Part shown: piece after piece, positions 62,101 through 64,000 of the stretch
How positions within the stretch are numbered: the stretch's first letter is position 1
Layout of the letters: each line of letters opens with the position of its first letter
DNA from: Octopus sinensis
Taxonomy: Eukaryota
Assembly: GCF_006345805.1 (NCBI RefSeq)
Contig: NC_043018.1
Location: forward strand, 24,304,001 to 24,368,000
Length of the DNA: 64,000 bases
Direction: 5' to 3'
Made by a program: the position numbers and the translations under genes
The notes under the pieces: model-generated
What the model was told of the DNA's origin: nothing
Database searches by the model: none
What the model saw: the letters and a program-made list of their open reading frames with translations, nothing else

Positions 62101-62937
62101 AAGTATAAACTACTGTATTTTTTAAAAATTATTTTTATAATTTATATATATTACCGAGATGTACTTGCATAGCAAGTGACTTGATCTGAGATCATGTGCT
62201 GGAACGAAAACAATTGCAGTGTGGAAGGTGTTTATAAACCATTTAAGAAACACACAAAAACTGTTAGATTCCCTTCAACATTTAAATTGAATTTGCTAAG
62301 ATATTTTCGGCACTTTGAGACCGTGACCTGATCACTGACAAAATTCCTTGCTGCATTTATATTTATTTTATTATAAATGCAAAGCAACACCATGGAGGAA
62401 TTGACGTAAGCTTAAATAATAAACTGTGATATGGCAAGGGATTACTGCACTTGTCCTTGAGGTGGGTTGAGCAGGATCTGACCAATGAGTTTGCCACAAC
62501 CCTAATGAATGTTGACCATATACGGTGGTCAGCCACAGTCAAGGCTGCAGTGGAATGTAGACACTGTGGCCATAGTTGCCATTTGCTGAAGTGTAGAGTT
62601 CAAGTTTGGAAGTTTCAGTGGGATTAGAAGTTCACATGTGGTTCCTTATCACATGTATACAAACTTTGGGGATAATGTAATGGAAAAGTTGATGTAAAAA
62701 TGATTGCAACGATACATATATATAATACATATATATATATATATACGCACATATATATATATGTATATAAATATATATACATGTTTATCTGTTGGTGGTG
62801 CATGTGTGTGTATATGAATACATATATATATATATTTTTTATTGTATTCTATTTTTTATTTTAATTGTTATTTCAGGACCTTGAAACATTCCGGAGAGAT
62901 CTGGTATGCAGCATATCAAGCACATCATATGTTATAG
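4707..62937 (+). CDS. FADS: Front-end fatty acyl desaturase (FADS1/FADS2-like; probable delta-5 Fad), 12 coding exons, 445 aa
   Basis: Joined exons 4707-4922, 34765-34911, 37494-37640, 47079-47180, 48166-48225, 50673-50738, 51743-51803, 53880-53956, 55716-55813, 57651-57827, 59572-59697, 62877-62937 sum to 1338 nt in one open frame ending in TAG. Motifs: HPGG, HDFGH, HYQHH, QIEHH. Delta-5 specificity is inferred from my recollection of the characterised Octopus Fad, not from the sequence. Confidence 0.96.
6757..7132 (+). mobile_element. tRNA-headed SINE, family A
   Basis: Head ggcgcagg(a/g)gtggctgtgtggtaag...gggttcagtccc; internal TA/TG tract; tail gagtaaaagag. Confidence 0.85.
7819..8230 (+). 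mobile_element. SINE family B (ggcggcgagctggcagaa...), two adjacent copies
   Basis: Consensus gagttcaaattcc...gactttgcctttcatcctttcggggtc... Confidence 0.85.
9150..9435. repeat. 21-bp minisatellite (ccactcagccactgccatact), ~13 units
   Basis: Read directly; produces the spurious (SHCHTPL)n ORF. Confidence 0.95.
11183..11600 (+). mobile_element. SINE family A
   Basis: Full-length copy, same consensus. Confidence 0.9.
12784..12868. repeat. 17-bp tandem repeat x5 (atatgacagttgcactc)
   Basis: Units start at 12784, 12801, 12818, 12835, 12852. Confidence 0.95.
13890..14081 (+). mobile_element. SINE family B
   Basis: Same consensus. Confidence 0.85.
14503..14880 (-). mobile_element. SINE family C (tRNA head with clear A and B boxes)
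   Basis: Minus head gtggaggcgcaatggcccagtggttagggcagcggactcgcggtcgtaggatcgcggtttcgattccc. Confidence 0.88.
15480..16230 (+). mobile_element. Older RTE-type LINE 3' end with a minisatellite expansion in its UTR
   Basis: [25 protein letters not shown] remnant; UTR tail ccaacccatgccagcatgg...aaatgatgatg. Confidence 0.6.
15605..16050. repeat. ~24-bp degenerate minisatellite (gtgcccatgtggcaccacgtaaaa), about 18-20 units
   Basis: Read directly; includes a repeated 62-bp higher-order block. Confidence 0.9.
16386..16807 (-). mobile_element. SINE family A
   Basis: Full-length reverse copy. Confidence 0.9.
17291..17340 (-). ncRNA. Second copy of the 18245 HHR family, inverted, with the stem I 5' arm deleted
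   Basis: Minus strand: CTGAAGA-A-GGCTGG-AGGGTATA-TCAACC-GAAA-TGT-T/GTGTT. Confidence 0.45.
17395..18050 (+). mobile_element. RTE-type LINE 3' end (ORF2 tail plus ~550-nt 3' UTR and (GAT)n)
   Basis: [28 protein letters not shown]...* runs directly into the UTR family seen many times in the window. Confidence 0.75.
18245..18290 (+). ncRNA. Minimal Penelope-type hammerhead motif, decayed
   Basis: GACAC-CTGATGA-A-GGCTGG-TGAGTATA-TCAGCT-GAAA-CAT-T/GTGTT (ACGT changed to ACAT). Confidence 0.55.
19544..19885. repeat. Long interrupted (CA)n microsatellite with recurring CCACACTC
   Basis: Read directly. Confidence 0.95.
20832..21047 (+). mobile_element. Mariner-derived MITE
   Basis: gagtgctgaaaagttgctgg ... 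ccaggaactttttcagcaccc; internal remnant resembling a KCV...GEYVE* transposase end. Confidence 0.7.
22474..23000 (-). mobile_element. Tc1/mariner-superfamily transposase relic
   Basis: Minus translation [16 protein letters not shown]...VMPPFIFP...[10 protein letters not shown], then (frameshift) [20 protein letters not shown]; tacagggtg terminus at 22472. Confidence 0.7.
23236..23622 (+). mobile_element. SINE family A
   Basis: Full-length copy. Confidence 0.9.
26359..26580. mobile_element. piggyBac-like MITE
   Basis: TTAA|ccctttcgttac ... gtaacaaaaggg|TTAA. Confidence 0.88.
28082..29040 (+). mobile_element. Internally deleted mariner element with transposase C-terminus, interrupted by a LINE 3' end
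   Basis: ~50-bp imperfect TIRs (ttaggctgaggaaaa / ttttcctcaacctag) flanked by TA; [12 protein letters not shown] motif, then EFFDSK...[13 protein letters not shown]. Confidence 0.9.
28414..28828 (+). mobile_element. 5'-truncated RTE-type LINE 3' UTR copy with (GAT)n tail
   Basis: Same sequence as 17630-18050; AATGAA TSD at 28408-28413 and 28829-28834. Confidence 0.8.
29699..29733 (+). ncRNA. Minimal Penelope-type hammerhead motif, CpG-decayed
   Basis: GTTT-CTGACGA-A-GAG-TTCTG-CTC-GAAA-TGT-T/AAAC (ACGT changed to ATGT). Confidence 0.55.
31110..31457. mobile_element. hAT-type MITE
   Basis: cagtggttctcaa ... ttgagaatccctg; 8-bp NTCTAGNN-like flanks (ctctagac / ttctaggc). Confidence 0.75.
31583..31812 (+). 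mobile_element. SINE family B
   Basis: Full copy ending gtgggtaataaagaaat. Confidence 0.88.
32508..32866. repeat. Compound (TG)n/(TA)n/(GA)n microsatellite
   Basis: Read directly. Confidence 0.95.
33985..34253 (-). mobile_element. SINE family C, second tail type
   Basis: Same head and central domain as 14503-14880. Confidence 0.8.
34358..34443. repeat. ~30-bp local triplication (aaacaaaagacgaaggcaggt) within the HHR-bearing element
   Basis: Three copies read directly. Confidence 0.85.
34499..34536 (-). ncRNA. Minimal Penelope-type hammerhead motif (A6U variant)
   Basis: Minus strand: TCTTT-CTGTCGA-A-GAGC-GTAG-GCTC-GAAA-CGT-A/AAAGA; stems I and II are perfect; ACGT palindrome intact. Confidence 0.65.
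34765..34911 (+). CDS. FADS: FADS coding exon 2 (EAFRAFHND...RRMAEKM)
   Basis: ttttttacag acceptor, ATG|gtatgt donor, 147 nt; continues the b5 domain (DAT-EAFRAFH). Confidence 0.95.
35980..36758 (-). mobile_element. Two tandem SINE family A copies
   Basis: ~35980-36376 and ~36385-36758. Confidence 0.85.
37494..37640 (+). CDS. FADS: FADS coding exon 3 ([10 protein letters not shown]...FYSIVQ)
   Basis: Long pyrimidine tract ending in cag, CAA|gtaagt donor, 147 nt; hydrophobic segment. Confidence 0.95.
37985..39195. mobile_element. Two adjacent non-autonomous Helitron/Helentron-like elements (~37985-38345 and ~38352-39195)
   Basis: Both start taaatactagca followed by a GC hairpin, and both end cagac...tttatatata; the second carries the helicase fragment. 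Confidence 0.6.
38455..38952 (-). pseudogene. Helitron PIF1-like helicase fragment with an internal stop
   Basis: Translation ...[50 protein letters not shown]...[47 protein letters not shown] matches Helitron helicase motifs. Confidence 0.9.
39195..39675. repeat. 166-bp tandem repeat, ~2.9 copies (a fourth partial unit at ~40123-40150)
   Basis: cgtcctaaaaaactttg starts at 39201, 39367 (as tgtgct) and 39533; units highly similar. Confidence 0.9.
39684..40114. mobile_element. MITE with 51-bp TIRs and an 8-bp TSD (GATATAGG)
   Basis: ggtgatgtttcgcttgtcgtagcacacgtttccgtcgatttccgtaaaaaa and its reverse complement at 40064-40114 (3 mismatches); TSD at 39676-39683 and 40115-40122. Confidence 0.85.
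41950..42160 (+). mobile_element. SINE family B
   Basis: Same consensus. Confidence 0.85.
44179..44604. mobile_element. MITE with ~29-bp TIRs and an 8-bp TSD (CCAGATGC)
   Basis: ggatcttttcggtttgaatggcagttttt ... aaaaactaccgttcaaaccgaaaagatcc; TSD at 44171-44178 and 44605-44612. Confidence 0.88.
44890..45270. repeat. Five-arm alternating inverted (fold-back) amplification of a LINE 3' UTR segment
   Basis: F-R-F-R-F arms of gggcctggcgcagccttctggcctcccagaccccagttgaac; turns at CATGCTAGCATG (44935, 45077) and at gcagtgtttcta/tagaaacactgc (45009, 45151). Confidence 0.9.
45727..46015 (-). mobile_element. SINE family C, second tail type
   Basis: Same head; tail ends ...ggctaggcttgaaaaggg on the minus strand. 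Confidence 0.85.
47079..47180 (+). CDS. FADS: FADS coding exon 4 ([12 protein letters not shown]...MGFIK), His box 1
   Basis: atttccag acceptor; HDFGH; AAG|gtcact donor (weak); 102 nt. Confidence 0.94.
47542..47588 (-). ncRNA. Type I hammerhead ribozyme motif with complete catalytic core
   Basis: Minus strand: CTATCA-CTGACGA-GACC-AAGGAA-GGTC-GAAA-TC-AAGT-GAT-T/TGGTGG. Stem I CTATCA:TGGTGG (2 GU pairs), stem II GACC:GGTC, stem III ATC:GAT, AUU triplet. Confidence 0.8.
47900..47945 (-). ncRNA. Second, degenerate type I hammerhead copy (U3/A8 core, disrupted stem II)
   Basis: Minus strand: CCATCA-TTGACAA-AGCC-AAAGAA-GTC-GAAA-TCACGTGAT-C/TGGTAG; homologous position in the adjacent repeat unit. 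Confidence 0.65.
48166..48225 (+). CDS. FADS: FADS coding exon 5 ([20 protein letters not shown]), His box 2
   Basis: ttccag acceptor, GTG|gtatgt donor, 60 nt. Confidence 0.95.
48411..48802 (-). mobile_element. SINE family A
   Basis: Full-length reverse copy in intron 5. Confidence 0.9.
50005..50457 (-). mobile_element. SINE family A
   Basis: Full-length reverse copy. Confidence 0.9.
50673..50738 (+). CDS. FADS: FADS coding exon 6 ([22 protein letters not shown])
   Basis: (tc)n tttcag acceptor, GAG|gtaagc donor, 66 nt; KDPD motif. Confidence 0.94.
51103..51184 (+). ncRNA. Type I hammerhead-like motif with long stem II
   Basis: GGCT-CTGATGA-A-GCTCTAAG...CTTAGAGC-A-GAAA-C-AGCT-GT-A/AGCT; perfect 8-bp stem II; palindromic ACAGCTGT stem III; GUA triplet. 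Confidence 0.65.
51743..51803 (+). CDS. FADS: FADS coding exon 7 ([20 protein letters not shown])
   Basis: ttgacag acceptor, A|gtaagt donor, 61 nt, ends in phase 1; PYNxQHxYFF motif. Confidence 0.95.
52645..52912 (+). mobile_element. SINE family C, third tail type (5' truncated)
   Basis: Same central domain, then ggcctgctcgcttagccagcggggtggcg... Confidence 0.8.
53566..53794 (-). mobile_element. SINE family B with a 16-bp TSD
   Basis: ctgttagatcttattt at 53550-53565 and 53804-53819. Confidence 0.9.
53880..53956 (+). CDS. FADS: FADS coding exon 8 ([13 protein letters not shown]...RRAWA)
   Basis: tttcag acceptor, GCC|gtatgt donor, 77 nt; GPPLL motif. Confidence 0.95.
54080..54646 (+). mobile_element. 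CR1/L2-type LINE 3' end (ORF2 C-terminus plus UTR and (ATT)n tail)
   Basis: [17 protein letters not shown]...THGHIYK...[16 protein letters not shown]...SFKT; ends caataatttc(att)n. Confidence 0.88.
55482..55515 (+). ncRNA. Decayed minimal hammerhead-like motif
   Basis: TCT-CTGAAGA-A-GGAC-AACT-GTTT-GAAA-TGT-T/GGA; stem II is GGAC:GTCC if C>T transitions are reverted. Confidence 0.4.
55716..55813 (+). CDS. FADS: FADS coding exon 9 (DLAWMAAFF...YYFVVR)
   Basis: tttctttcttttaaag acceptor, AG|gtaagc donor, 98 nt, ends in phase 2. Confidence 0.95.
57651..57827 (+). CDS. FADS: FADS coding exon 10 ([15 protein letters not shown]...[14 protein letters not shown]), His box 3
   Basis: ctgtcttcag acceptor, CA|gtaatt donor, 177 nt; QIEHH completed across the junction. 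Confidence 0.96.
57985..58374 (-). mobile_element. SINE family A
   Basis: Reverse copy in intron 10. Confidence 0.88.
58891..59317 (-). mobile_element. SINE family A
   Basis: Full-length reverse copy. Confidence 0.9.
59572..59697 (+). CDS. FADS: FADS coding exon 11 ([10 protein letters not shown]...FVDVVR)
   Basis: gtttttcag acceptor, CG|gtgagt donor, 126 nt; LFPTMPRHN motif. Confidence 0.96.
59935..60265 (+). mobile_element. tRNA-headed SINE (distinct family)
   Basis: tgactcagtggttggagcg (A box) and gagttcgattcc (B box), followed by ttgtgttcttgagcaagac. Confidence 0.75.
61283..61502. mobile_element. piggyBac-like MITE, second copy, nested in a SINE
   Basis: TTAA|cccttttgttac ... gtaatgaaaggg|TTAA; homologous to 26359-26580. 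Confidence 0.88.
62877..62937 (+). CDS. FADS: FADS terminal coding exon 12 ([19 protein letters not shown])
   Basis: tttcag acceptor; matches the FADS C-terminal xLKxSGxxW pattern; TAG at 62935-62937. Confidence 0.92.
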
Positions 62938-62959
62938 AAAATATCCATATTCATAAATA

Positions 62960-62973
62960 TATATATGTATACA

Positions 62974-63028
<55 letters not shown>

Positions 63029-63209
63029 TTATATGCATGCATATTTGTATGTGTATATATATATATATATATATACATACATTCATATATATATACATAC
63101 ATTCATATATATATATACATATATATCTATACATATATAAAGGGAGAACATAAAACAGCAAAAGTGAACAAGACATTGAAAAAAGACGAAGAAACAATGT
63201 AAAGGAAAG

Positions 63210-63240
<31 letters not shown>

Positions 63241-63311
63241 TATATATATATATATGCATAATATATATATATGCATACATATATATATATTATATACATA
63301 TATATATATGC

Positions 63312-63347
<36 letters not shown>

Positions 63348-63550
63348 GCATATATATATATACATATATATATATATGCATATATATATACATATATATA
63401 TATATGCATATATATATACATATATATATATATATGCATATATATATATATATATGCATATATATATACATATATATATATATGCAATATATATATACAT
63501 ATATACATATACATATATATATATATATGCACACACAAACATATATATGT
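62960..63550. repeat. (TA)n-based compound repeat with recurring tgca/taca interruptions, just 3' of the stop codon
   Basis: Read directly. Confidence 0.95.
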
Positions 63551-64000
63551 AAACATCAATATAATGAAACAGCGAAACCAAAAGAAGTTCGGGGAGGGGG
63601 AGGGGAAAGAAGACTTGAAACTCCAAGAGAAATCCCAAGGACCCAGAATAACAACCATAATCTTCAAGATTACTGCTGCCATGGGACATAGAAAGCAATT
63701 CGTCTTTGAGTGTTTTTTTTTTTTTTGTTTGTGTTTCTTCTTTTTTTTAAACAGCAGTCATTATTGTTATTATTATTATTATTATTATTATGCAAAGGGG
63801 CAAGCTGAAAGAATCGTTGGCATGGTGGGCAAAATGCTTAGCGGCATTTCGTCCATCTTTACATTCTGGGTTCAAGTTCCAATGGGGTTCGCTTTATCTT
63901 TTCATCTTTTGGGGTCGATAAAATAAGTACCAGTTGAATACTGGGGATCGATGTAATCGACTTGCCCCTATGCCGAAATTGCTGGCCTTGTGCCAAAATT

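Overview
AT-rich, microsatellite- and SINE-dense eukaryotic DNA. It is most consistent with an Octopus (coleoid cephalopod) genome, judged from the repeat families and the gene; the species cannot be determined. The window holds one complete protein-coding gene on the + strand: a front-end fatty acyl desaturase (FADS1/FADS2-like). I reconstructed 12 coding exons (4707-62937), all with GT-AG introns and consistent phases. The CDS is 1338 nt (445 aa) and has the cytochrome b5 HPGG motif and His boxes HDFGH, HYQHH and QIEHH. The introns contain tRNA-headed SINEs, RTE and CR1-type LINE 3' ends, mariner/Tc1 relics, piggyBac-, hAT- and mariner-type MITEs, and a Helitron PIF1-helicase fragment. The most interesting signal is a set of type I hammerhead ribozyme (HHR) motifs in the introns. 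The best one has an intact core and lies in a ~350-360 bp tandem repeat in intron 4, the architecture of a non-LTR retrozyme that could release a 358-nt monomer or circular RNA. Several minimal Penelope-type HHRs also occur. A five-arm alternating fold-back inversion (44890-45270) should form long dsRNA. All structures were read by eye; none was folded computationally or tested.
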